In this document: positions 53,540 through 64,000 of the stretch, piece by piece | Numbering within the stretch: the first letter of the stretch is position 1 | How the letters are laid out: every line of letters starts with the position of its first letter | DNA from: the human T2T-CHM13v2.0 reference genome, Homo sapiens | Reading direction: 5' to 3' (one strand) | DNA length: 64,000 bases | Assembly (NCBI RefSeq): GCF_009914755.1 | Contig: NC_060930.1 | Made by a program: the position numbers and the translations under genes | The notes under the pieces: generated by a model | The model's input: the letters and a program-made list of their open reading frames with translations, nothing else | Told to the model about the DNA's origin: nothing | Databases searched by the model: none

Positions 53540-53725
53540 CTATCAGATCTTGATTTTTACAAAAACAACCAAGTGAAATCTGTATCACTATTGTTTTGGA
53601 GACCAGAAAACTGTGGCTCAGAGTAAATAAGTGATTTACTGCAGGTCATACAGCCCATAAGTGGCCAAGCCAGAACTGAAACTCAAATTCCCCTAGTTCA
53701 ATCCCAGGGTCTGCTTTAAATACTC
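53540..53725 (-). mobile_element. MIR SINE
   Basis: AAAACTGTGGCTCAGAG...AAGTGATTTACTGCAGGTCATACAGC. Confidence 0.7.
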
Positions 53726-54173
53726 TATAGGCAGACAGGACACACATGAGTTAGTAAAATAAATAGTCAATTTTCCCAGCCTCTCCAGCACAGGTCTCCT
53801 AGATTTTGCCATGGTTTTAGTGTGTTGCTTATAAAACTAGTTCTACCTTGTCTTTATCCATTAGTTTGAGTTCTTAATAATTGTGAATTTGCACCTAAGA
53901 CTTTGCCAAATCTTTGAAGTAAAAATTAAAACTGTGATGGGTCATAATACAAATATTGGCTGGTGTTCTAGATGAGGAGGAAATAAAGGAAAAATAAATT
54001 TTGATCAACCACATTATCACAGATTTTGCTAGGTGCTTGTACATTTTATCACTAAATTATATTATTCTCTTTCAAATGAGAAGACCAAAGTCAGTTAAAG
54101 AATGTCCCTTGAGACAAGAATAAAGTGGTTTAGCTGAAATTTGAACAGTCTTATCTAATTCTCAAGATGAAGG

Positions 54174-54752
54174 TGTAACTGGCTCATTAATCCTATAGAA
54201 TTGATGTTTATGGTGTCTTGAATAAACACAGAAATTGACCCTTACAGTCTTAAAACTTGAGAATCTTACATTTATCTTATCTGAGCTCCTTTCTTAGGAA
54301 ACATACCATAAATCCTCCCAAATATTAGGTTGATGCAAAAGTAATTGCAGCTTTACCATTACTTTTAATGGCAAAACCACAATTACTCAGAATTAATCAG
54401 TTCCGTAATAGTATCAGGGAACTGAAACTTACTAGACCACCATATCTGGGCAATGAGATGCCAGACCCTTCACCCATCATCTATTTAGTCCATTGCCTAA
54501 CTGACCACCTGCTGCCTATTAACAGCTCCTCTTCCTAATTCCTGTTTTCCCACACGTAGTTGCACTGCTTCCCTACTATGCAAACCCGAAATTTTAGTCA
54601 TTCAAGGAGATGGATTTGAGACTTATTTCTCATCTCCTTGGCTGCAGTACCCAATTAAAGCCTTCTTCCCTGGCAATACTCATTGTCTTAGTGATTGGTT
54701 TTCCGTTCAGTGAGCAGCAGACCTAGGCCGAACCCCTGGTCTTTCCATAATA
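54174..54752 (+). mobile_element. MER39-family (ERV1) solo LTR
   Basis: TGTAAC...GAATAAACACAGAAATTGACCCT...GGAGATGGATTTGAGACT...ATTAAAGCCTTCTTCCCTGGCAATACT; perfect TSD AAGG at 54170-54173 and 54753-54756. Confidence 0.85.
54325..54408. mobile_element. MADE1 (Hsmar1 MITE) nested in MER39, right TIR damaged
   Basis: TA|TTAGGTTGATGCAAAAGTAATTGC...CATTACTTTTAATGGCAAAACCACAATTACT...TAA|TA. Confidence 0.9.
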
Positions 54753-54868
54753 AAGGGAGAAGACCCAAAGAATATAGTGTCTATTCTTCATCATGCACTC
54801 CACTCAGTATTTTGCAAGCATCATTCTTTTTCTGTTTATAACAATTCTATAAAGTTAGTAACTATTCA

Positions 54869-55331
54869 TCTATATTTTTAGATTCCACGTATAATGAGAT
54901 TATGCAATATATTTTCTTTCTGTGCCTGGCTTATTTCTCTTAGTGTAATGTCCTCCAGGCTCATTCATGTTGTGGCAAATGGCAGGATCTCCTTTTTTAA
55001 GGCTGAGTAATAGTCCATTTTGTATACATACCGCAGCTTCTTTATGCATTGTACTCCTGACATACACTGAGATTGTTTTCAAATATTGGCTGTTGTGAAT
55101 AATGCTACAATAAGCATGGGAGTGCAGACATCTGTATGAGGTGAGACATTCATTTCTTTTGTATACATACCCAGAAGAGGAATTGCTGGGTCATATGGTT
55201 CTATTTTTAATTTCTTGAGGAACCTCTGCACACTTTTTTTCATAATGGCTGCACCAATCTGCCTTCAACCAACTGTGCACAGGGCTTCTTTTCTCCATAA
55301 TCTTGCCAACATCTGTTATCACTTGACTTTC
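54869..55331 (-). mobile_element. L1MA/MB ORF2-end fragment inside a MIR
   Basis: TTAGATTCCAC...GTGCCTGGCTTATTTC...GAATTGCTGGGTCATATGG; the MIR core resumes at CATTTTGCAAATGAGGAA. Confidence 0.8.
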
Positions 55332-56099
55332 CTATTCAATTCATTTTGCAAATGAGGAACAGGATACAAATTAACTTAAGTTTCCTAAAATCCCAAAGCT
55401 AGTAATTGGCAGAGAAGGAAATTGAATGTCTGACTTCAATGCTTGTGCTACTTCCATAAACAGATGCTCCTGATTTCTGAGTATATACATGAAAATTTAA
55501 GTAACACACAGGAAATAATCACCTTTTTAAAATAATCGAGTAAAGACAAGTCTTAAAGTAATAATAGACTACTGAACCTTCCTAGACATGCTACTAAAGT
55601 AATATAAAGTTTGGTGAGTTCCTTTTTTATTAAGCTTTAGATACTCCACTTTAAGATTTTTCATCTATTTTTTTGCCAATATTCTTGCAAACATAAACTT
55701 ACATGAAATACTCATCAGAAGAAAATTATTTGTAGCAAGCAGGAAATGTAGTTAGGTATAGTGTATTGTGAATTGCATGCTGAGTTACTATAAATGAAAG
55801 AAATAAACCTCGAGGAGAATCAAATTAAATATACACATCACTAGGAACAAAAATAAATGGAACAATAACAGGTTTACTTAAGAATGTCATTCAAAAAAAT
55901 CTCTACACTTATTGAAATCAGTTTTTCTTACCAAGTATTATGATAGTTAATGTTTTACAGTTTATCACTTCAATTGCTCCATAAGGATTACAAGTTGAAT
56001 AAATATTAATTCAATATATTAATGCTACTGATAACAAAGTCTAATTAATATAAAGTATTCAACTTTACCATATAATAACTCCATTGTTTTCATTTTAAA

Positions 56100-56670
56100 A
56101 ACCTCTAAGGAGGAATCATTTATATGGAGATACTCCCTGCTACAGGAAGTGGAGCTCAATTCCCTGCACAGATAACTCGAAAGAACAAAGTAGGGAAAGG
56201 CAAAAAGAGTAATTGTATAGTGGAGAAACCTATGAAAAAGTGCCTGAACCAAGAGATGAACAAACTAAATGAATCAGTGATGCTATATGACTATCATGTG
56301 ATCCCTGATATGAGGTAAAGAGAAGAGCACTTCACCTCTACTGTATTATTTCCAAACTCCCAGAGCATGAGAAAACATCAGAAAAACCCAGATGAAGGGC
56401 ATTATAAAGGATATCTGCTCAGTACTTCTCAAGGCTGTCAAGTTCATTAAAACTAAGGAAAGGCTGAGACACTGTCACTGGCCTGAGGAGACCAAGGAAA
56501 GATGACAAATAAATGGAAAGAAGCACCCCAAAATGGATCTCCAAATAGAAACAGGACATTATGGAAAAACTAGTAAAGTCAAAATAAAGTTGAGTTTGTG
56601 AATGGTAATGTACCAATTTCAGATTCTTAGTTTTGAGAAATGTAACATAGTGTTCATCATACATAATGAA
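56100..56670 (+). mobile_element. L1MC/MD 3'UTR fragment
   Basis: AGTGGAGAAACCT...GCACTTCACCTCT...CATGAGAAAACATCAGA...AAGGAAAGGCTGAGA. Confidence 0.7.
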
Positions 56671-57074
56671 AATAGCTAAAGCACCATGTTTGTTCCTCCC
56701 CAACTGCATCTTTCTTCATTTCATAATAGTATGTGATACAATTAAGTGTCTGTATTGTTTCCATCTTTATGCCTTCATTGAAAGTGTATTGTCTTGTCAG
56801 ATAGTTTTGTATTACATTTTTAAACTTCATATAAATGGTAAAATATTTCTAAAATTTTATTTTGTACAGTGTACAATATTAAATGTGTCTATAATTATAG
56901 GCAAAGTTTTAGTCCATTTAATTCACTGCTTGTAGTATTCCAGTAAACTGTTTTATTTTTCCATATAAAATACAATGCTTGTTAATGGATATTTATGGGG
57001 TCTCTGATTTTCTAGTATTTATAAACAATAATCCTTATGTACACATTTCATTAACTATGAAAGTTTCTCTAGAA

Positions 57075-57307
57075 CAAGGGTCAGCAATTTTTTTTTAATA
57101 AGCCAGATACTAAATGTTTCCGATTTTCCTGCCTAAGAGGCAACATCAAGGATATTATGTGGGTACTCAGATAATGCTTTAAAATGTAACCATTTAAAAA
57201 TGGAAAAATCATTCTTGGCTCCCAGGTGACAAACAAACAGGCAACTGGTCAGATTTGTGCCAAATCTGTACAACTTTGTGCCAAAGGCTGTAGTTAATAT
57301 TCTCTGA
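57075..57307. mobile_element. MER58 (hAT-Charlie) DNA transposon
   Basis: CAAGGGTCAGCAA...TAAAAATGGAAAAATCATTCTT...CTCTG; 8-bp TSD CTCTAGAA on both sides (Charlie NTCTAGAN target). Confidence 0.85.
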
Positions 57308-57402
57308 CTCTAGAATATACAGTGAGTTTAGAACTATTCTACAGTTTCAATTATACAAGATATTGCTCCAAATCTCAAAACTGGTTGAACTAGTTTACCA
57401 TC

Positions 57403-57760
57403 TGTATTAGTCCATTCTCACGCTGCTGTAAAGAATTGCCCGAGACTGGGTAATTTATAAATAAAAGAAGTTTGACTCACAGTTCCACATGGCTGGGGAG
57501 GTCTCAGGAAACTTATAATCATGGTGGAGGAGAAGCAATCACATCCCTCTTCACATGACAACAGGAGAGAGAAGTGAAGAGGAAAGTAAGGAAAAGCCAT
57601 CACATCTCATGAGATCTCACTCATTATCACCAGAACAGCATGGGGGAATCATCTGCATGATCTAATCATCTCCCATGATGTCCCTCCCCCAACACATGGG
57701 GATTGTAATTCAGGTTATTCAAGATGAGATTTTTGGTGGGGACACAGTCAAGCCATATCA
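57403..57760 (-). mobile_element. THE1D/MST-like solo LTR
   Basis: TGTATTAGTCCATTCTCAC...AGCCATATCA; TSD CCATC/TCATC. Confidence 0.9.
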
Positions 57761-57866
57761 TCATCCCAACAGCATTAGATATGATTTCAGGTTGTTCTAC
57801 AGTCTTCTCAACAATTAGTAATAATATTTTATCAATCCAATGGGTATGGAAAGTCATCACTGTGGG

Positions 57867-57990
57867 TTTGTTTTAAAAGAAACTATCTCACTGTGCTGCC
57901 AGGACTGGATTTGAAATTCTGGACTCAAGTAAATCTCTCACCTTGGCCTCCTGAGTAGCTGAGACTATAGGTGCATGCCACTATGCCTGA
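57867..57990 (-). mobile_element. FLAM (free left Alu monomer)
   Basis: TCTCACTGTGCTGCCAGG...CTCAAGT...CCTTGGCCTCCTGAGTAGCTGAGACTATAGG; single monomer with a degenerate TSD ATCA(C/T)TGTGG. Confidence 0.75.
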
Positions 57991-59008
57991 TTTATCATTG
58001 TGGTTTTAATTAATATTTTCTTCATTATAATTGATATAGACCATATTTTATATCTATTTCTTTATCATTAACATTTTGTCTCTATAAAATTGTCTGGTAA
58101 TATCTTTTGTTCATTTTCAAAAAGGGATATTTCTCTTTTTCTTATTAATATTGAGTTCATCGTGTGTTCCATATACTAATCATTTTTTGTTTAAGATTGT
58201 GAGACTGGTACGTATCCTATCCTTATTTTTATCTTTCTTATATTTTATAGTAACCATCATGCATAGATGTTTTCATTTTTTATGTAATTTAATTTATCTT
58301 TCCTATGTCATTGTCATAAAATTATTTGTTATAATTTCTTCTAAGATTTGAAATATTTACTTTTCACATTTAGATAGTTCATGTATCCTAGGTTGCTTAT
58401 ATATGATATGAGTCAGAAATCCAATTTTTTTTACAAATACAACCATTTTCATAGCATCATTTATTGAATAACCCAATGTTTCCTAATTAAGCTACAATGC
58501 AATCTCTTTAATAAACAAAATTCTATAAATATACAGATGATTCATTCTGCTTATTCTGTTCTTAAATCTTTTGTTTATTCCTGATTCAGTTCCATAATAT
58601 AATTATAATAACTTTATTGTAACACTTGATTTTAGGAAGGCAAATTTTTTACTGTGATTTTCTTCCTCAAAATTGCCTTTTCTATTCTTTTTCCACTTTC
58701 AATTTCATATACACTTATGAATCAGGCTGGTATGTCACCTGCTTTGAATGTATAGCTGACTTGGATAGAAATAACATGTTTATCATATTAATTTTTCCTG
58801 GATGGAAGTTACATTGGTCTTTTAAAAGTCATTCAAAAGTTTTCAAACTTTTTAAATAAAACTTTTAAATATCTTTCACTGTTTTTTTAAAACCCTGTTA
58901 CAATTTCTGTTGCTGTCTTAAATGGTATTTTTAAAATAACACTATGACATTATGGCTAAGTGTTAAGGAATACAACTAATTTTAGTGTAATTATTTAGTG
59001 TAGTAAAT

Positions 59009-62000
59009 GTTTTTTTTTTAATTTGTGGATACATAGTAGGTATATGTATTTATGGGGTACAAGAGATGTTTTGATACATGCATGCCATGTGAAATAAGCA
59101 CATCATGAAGAATAGGGCATTTATCCCTTCAAACATTTATCCTTTGAGTTACAGACAATTCAATGACACACTTTAAGTTATTTAAAAATGTACAGTTAAT
59201 GTTGACTATAGTAGCCCTGTTGTGCTATCAAATAGTAGATCTTATTCATTCTTTCTATTTTTTTGTACCCATTACTCATGCCCACCTCCTTACCCAACCC
59301 CCCACTGCTCTTTTTAGCTTCTGGTAATCATCCTTCTCTCTCTACATCCATGAATTCAATTGTTTTGATATTTAAATACCACAAATAAATGAGAACGTGC
59401 AATGTTTGTCTTTCTGTGCTTTATTTCACTCACCATAATGACCTCCAGTTTTATCCATGTTATTGCAAATTACTGGATCTCATTATTTTTTGTGGCTGAA
59501 TAGTACTCCATTGTGTATATGTACCACATTTACCTTATCTATTAATTTGCTGATGGACACTTAGGCTGCTTCCTAATCTTAGTTATTATATCTTATAATC
59601 TTAGTTATTATAAACTTAGTTTATAATCTTAGTTTATAATCTTAGTTATTATAAACATTGCTGCAACAAAGCATAGAAGTGCAGATATCTCTTTGATATA
59701 CTGATTTCCTTTCTTTTGGGTATATACCCAGCAGTGGGATTCCTGGATTATGTGATAGAGTCAGAAATCCAATTTTTTTTTAATTTTTAAAAATTTTAAA
59801 ACTCAATTTTAGAGTTTTGAGGAACCTCCAAACTTTTCTCCATAGTGGCTGTACCAACTTACATTCCCACCAACAGGGTATAAGCATTCCCTTTTCTCAC
59901 ATCTTCAGCAGCATGTGTTATTACCTGTCTTTTGGATATAAGCCATTTTAACTGGGGTGAGATTATATCTCATTGTCGTTTTGATTTGCATTTCTCTGAT
60001 GATCAACGATGTTAAGCATCTCTTCATGTGCCTGTTTGCCATTTGTATGTCTTCTTTTGAGAAATGTCTACTCAAATCTTTTGCCCATCTTTTCATCGGA
60101 TTATAAGATGTCTTTATAGAGTTGTTTGATCTCCCTATAAATCCCTTGTCAGATAGGTAGTTTGCAAATATTTTCTTCCATTATGTGGGTTGTCTCTTTA
60201 TTTTGTTGATTGTATACTTTGCTGAGGAAAAGCTTTTTAATTTGGTGTGATCCCATTTGTCTATGTCTGCTTTGATTGCCTGTGCTTGTGTGGTATTGCT
60301 CGATAAATTTTTGCCCAGACCAATGTCCTGGAGATGTTCCCCAATGTTTTCTCATACTAATTTCATGGTTTGAGGTTTTAGATTTAAGTCTTTAATTCAT
60401 TTTGATTTGATTTTTTTATACGGCAAGAGATAGGGGTCTAGTTTTATTCTTCTGCTTTTGGATATCCAGTTTTCCCAGCACCATCTATCGAAGAGACTGT
60501 CTTTTCCCCAGTATATATTCTCTTGGCACCTTTGTCAAAGATTAGTTCACTGTAGTTGTGGAGATTTGTTTCTGGGTTCTCTAATCTGTTCCATTGGTCT
60601 ATGTGTCTTTTTATGCCAGTATCATGTTTTGCTTACTATATCTCTGTAGTATAATTTGAAGTCAGATAATATCATTCCTCCAGTTTTGTTCTTTTTGCTT
60701 AGAATAGCATTGGCTATTCTGGGTCTTTTGTGGTTCCATGTGAACTTTAGGATTGTTTTTTTCTATTTCTGTGGAGAATGTCATTGGTGTTTTGATAGAG
60801 ATTTTATTGAATCTGTAGATTCTTTTGGTTAGTATGAACATGTTAACATTGTTTTGGGTAGTATGAACATGTTAACAATACTAATTCCTCCGATCCATAA
60901 ACATATAATATTTTTTCCATTTTTTGGTGTCTTCTTCAATTTCTTTCATAAGTGTTTTATAGTTTTCATTATAGAGATCTTTCACTTCTTTGGTTAATTC
61001 CTAGGTATTTAATTTTATATATATATACATATATATATATAACTATTGTAAATGAAATTACTATTTAAGTTTCTTTTTCAGATTGTTCACTGTTGGCATA
61101 TAGAAATGCTACTGATTTTTTAATGTTGATTTTGTATCCAGCAACTTTGCTGAATTTGTTTATCAGTTCTAATAGTTTTCTTGTGGAGGCTTTAGGTTTT
61201 TTTCATGTGTAATAACACATCATCTGCAAACAAGGATAATTTTACTTCTTCCTTTTCTATTTGGAGGCTTTTTATATCTTTCTCTTGTCTTATTGCTCTA
61301 GCTAGGACTTCCAGAACTATGTTGAATAACAGTGGTGACAGTGGGCATTCTTGTCATGTTCCAGATCTTAGAGGAAAGACTTTCAGTTTTTCCCCATTCA
61401 GTATGTTACTAGCTGTGTGTCTGTCATATATGGCTTTATTATGTTGAGGTATGTTCTTTCTAGCCTCAGTTTTTTGATTTTTTTTTAATCATGAAGGGAC
61501 ATAGAATTTTGTCAAACACTTTTCAGCATCAATTGAAATGCTCATATGGTTTTTGTCCTTTGTTCTGTTGATCTGATGTATCACACTGATTGATTTGCAT
61601 ATTGTATTAGTCTGCTCTCACACTGCTATAAAGAACTGCCTGAGACTGGGTAATTTATAAAAAGAAAAGGTTTTATTGACTCACAGTCCTGCATGGCTGG
61701 TGAGGCCTCAGGAAACTTACAATCATGGCAGAAGGCACCTCTTCACAGGGCAGCAGGAGAGAGTGAGTGCAAGCAGGGGGAGTACCAGATGCTTATAAAA
61801 CCATCAGACCTCATAAGAACTCACTCACTATCATGAGAACAGCATGGGGGAACCTACCCCCATAATCCAATCACTTCCTACCAGGTCCCTCCCACCACAT
61901 GTGAGGAATATGGAGATTACAATTCAAGATGAGATTTGGGTGGGGATACAGCCAAACCATATCACATATGTTGAACCATCCCTGCATCCCAGGGAAAAAT

Positions 62001-64000
62001 CCCACTTGGTCATGATGAATGATCTTTCTAGTGTATTGTTGAATTCAGTTTGTGAGTATTTGTTGATGATTTTTATATCAATATTTATCAGAGATACTGG
62101 CCTGTAGTTTTCTTTTTTTGATGTGTCTTTGTCTTGTTTCATTATCAGGGTAATATTGACCTTATAGAATGAGTTTGGGAATATTCTCTTCTCCTCTGTT
62201 TGTAGGAATTAGTTTGAGAAGGATTAGTATTAGTTCTTCTTTAAATATTTGGTAGAATTCAGCAGTGAAACCCTCGTGTCCCAGGCTTTTCTTTACTGGA
62301 AGATTTTTGTTATGGCTTCAACCTTGCTACTTGTTATTGGTCTGTTCAGGTTTCGGATTTCTTCCTGGTCCAATCTTGGTAGGTTGTATAGGTTGTTATG
62401 TATCTAGGAATTTGTCCATTTTTTCTTGATTTTTCCAATTAATTAGCATAAATTTCCTCATAGTATTCAATAATGATCCTTTGAATTTCTGTAGTATCAA
62501 TTATAATGTCCCTTTGTTCATTTCTGATTTTATTTATTTGGATCTTCCCTCTTTTTTGCTTAATCTGGCTAAAAGTTTTGTTGTACTTTGAAATTTTGTT
62601 TAACTTTGAAAAAACAATTTTTTGTTTTCTTGATCTTTTGTATTGTTTTATTTTTCATTTCAATTTTATTTATTTCTTCTCTGATCTTTATTATTCCTTT
62701 TCTTTTACTAATTTTGGGTTTGGTTTGCTCTTGCTTTTCTAGTTCTTTAAAAATAAATTGCTAGATTGTTTATTTGAAGCCTTCCCTCATTTTGATGTAG
62801 GCATTTATAACTATTAACTTCCCTCTGAGTACTGGTTTTGCTATATTCCATAGGTTTTGGTATGTTGTGTTTCCATTATCATTTATTTCAAGAAATTTTT
62901 CAAGGTTGTTCTTAATTTCTTCTTTAACCCACTGGTCGTTCAGGAGCATTTTGGTTAATTTCCAGGTATTCGTAGTTTCTCCAGTTCCTCTTGTTATTAA
63001 TTTCTAGTTTCATTCCATTTTCGTCAGAGAGGATGCTTGATATTATTTCAAGTTTTGAATGTTTTAAGACTTTTTTGTGACCTAATATATGGTATATTCT
63101 TGAAAATGATCCATGTGCCAAGGAAAGGAATGTGTATTCTGCAGCTCTTTAATAAAATGTTCTGTAAATAGCTATTGGATCCACTTTGTCTATAGTGCAG
63201 ATTCAGTTTGATGTTTCTTTGTTGGTTTACTGCATGGAAGATCTGTCCAATGCTGAAAGTGGGGATGTTGAAGTCTCCAGCTATTATTGTATTAGGGTCT
63301 ATCTTTCTCTTTAGCTATAATATTTCCTTTATATATGTAGTTGCTCCCGTGTTGGAGCAACTACATATATAAATTGTTATATTATCTTACTGACTCAACC
63401 CCTTTATCATTAAATAGTGACCTTCTTTGTCTTTTCTTATAGTTTTTGTCTTAACATCTATTTTGTCTGATAAAAGTATAGTAACTTTTATGCTTTTTGG
63501 TTCCCATTGGCATGGAATATCGTTTTTCCATCCCATTAATTTCAGTCTACATGTGTCTTTATGGGTGAAGTGTATTTCTTCACTCATTCACAGATTAATG
63601 GGTCTTGCTTTTTTAATATACTCAGCCAGTCTATTTAAAAAACATTTTTTTAGAAAACATAGACTGGCTAAGTGGATTAAAAAAAAACAAGAGTTCAGTC
63701 CATTTACATTAAATGTTATTATTGATAAGTAAGTACTTACTCCTACCATTTGGTTATTAGTTTTCTGGTTGTTTTGTGGTCTTCTCTTCCTTCTTTCTTT
63801 TCTTCCTGTCTTCCTCTATTGAAGAAATTTTCTCTAGTGATATGATTTAGTTTCTTGCTTTTTATTTTTTATGTACCCATTGTATGGTTTTTTTTTGTTT
63901 GAGGTAACCATGAAGCTTGCAAATGCTGTCTTATAACCCATTATTTAACCTGATAACAACTTAACACTATTTCCTTAAACAAACAAGCAAAAAAGAAAAC
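59009..64000 (-). mobile_element. Long L1MA1/2-like LINE (3'UTR through ORF2 to the inter-ORF region; runs off the window)
   Basis: Poly(T) then GTGGATACATAGTAGG 3' end. Minus ORFs give ORF2 fragments (KKENYRPVSLINIDIKIINK; IRKDKEGHYLMIKG; [16 protein letters not shown]). Confidence 0.92.
61603..61964 (-). mobile_element. THE1D-like solo LTR inside the L1 RT region
   Basis: TGTATTAGTC...GCCAAACCATATCA; perfect 5-bp TSD CATAT. Confidence 0.93.

Larger units (their letters stand above)
56700..58990 (-). mobile_element. Decayed L1ME-like element hosting MER58, a THE1 LTR and a FLAM
   Basis: Weak antisense L1 motifs (TTGTGGTTTTAAT, CATCATTTATTGAATA, ATATTAATTTTTCCT). Confidence 0.5.

Overview
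Hominoid (human or great-ape) genomic DNA: AT-rich, CpG-poor and mostly interspersed repeats. An SVA, an AluY and an L1PA3-like insertion set the lineage. I recognise no intact protein-coding gene. Nearly all ORFs in the track are translations of L1, Alu, SVA, MaLR or simple repeats. Main content: three complete LTR-internal-LTR MaLR elements (one THE1, two MST-like); solo LTRs (THE1, MER21, MER68, MER50, MER39, a MER57-like LTR); a full-length old SVA with a perfect 15-bp TSD; two 5'-truncated L1PA insertions with perfect TSDs; long old L1M copies; three Alus and a FLAM; and DNA-transposon fossils (Tigger3, MER33, MER58, MADE1). Many elements are nested. In the repeat-poor islands I see a candidate minus-strand transcript end: small candidate exons at 38.2 and 35.7-34.7 kb and a 3'UTR-like terminal exon at 9945-~8985. 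I cannot assign it to a gene and it is inference only. Other notable signals are a 125-bp inverted-repeat hairpin in unique DNA, several apparent template-switch scars, a tail-less Alu and an expanded compound SVA 5' repeat. Family names come from remembered consensus sequences, not a database search, so subfamily calls and old-element boundaries are approximate. I found no convincing new multi-gene system.
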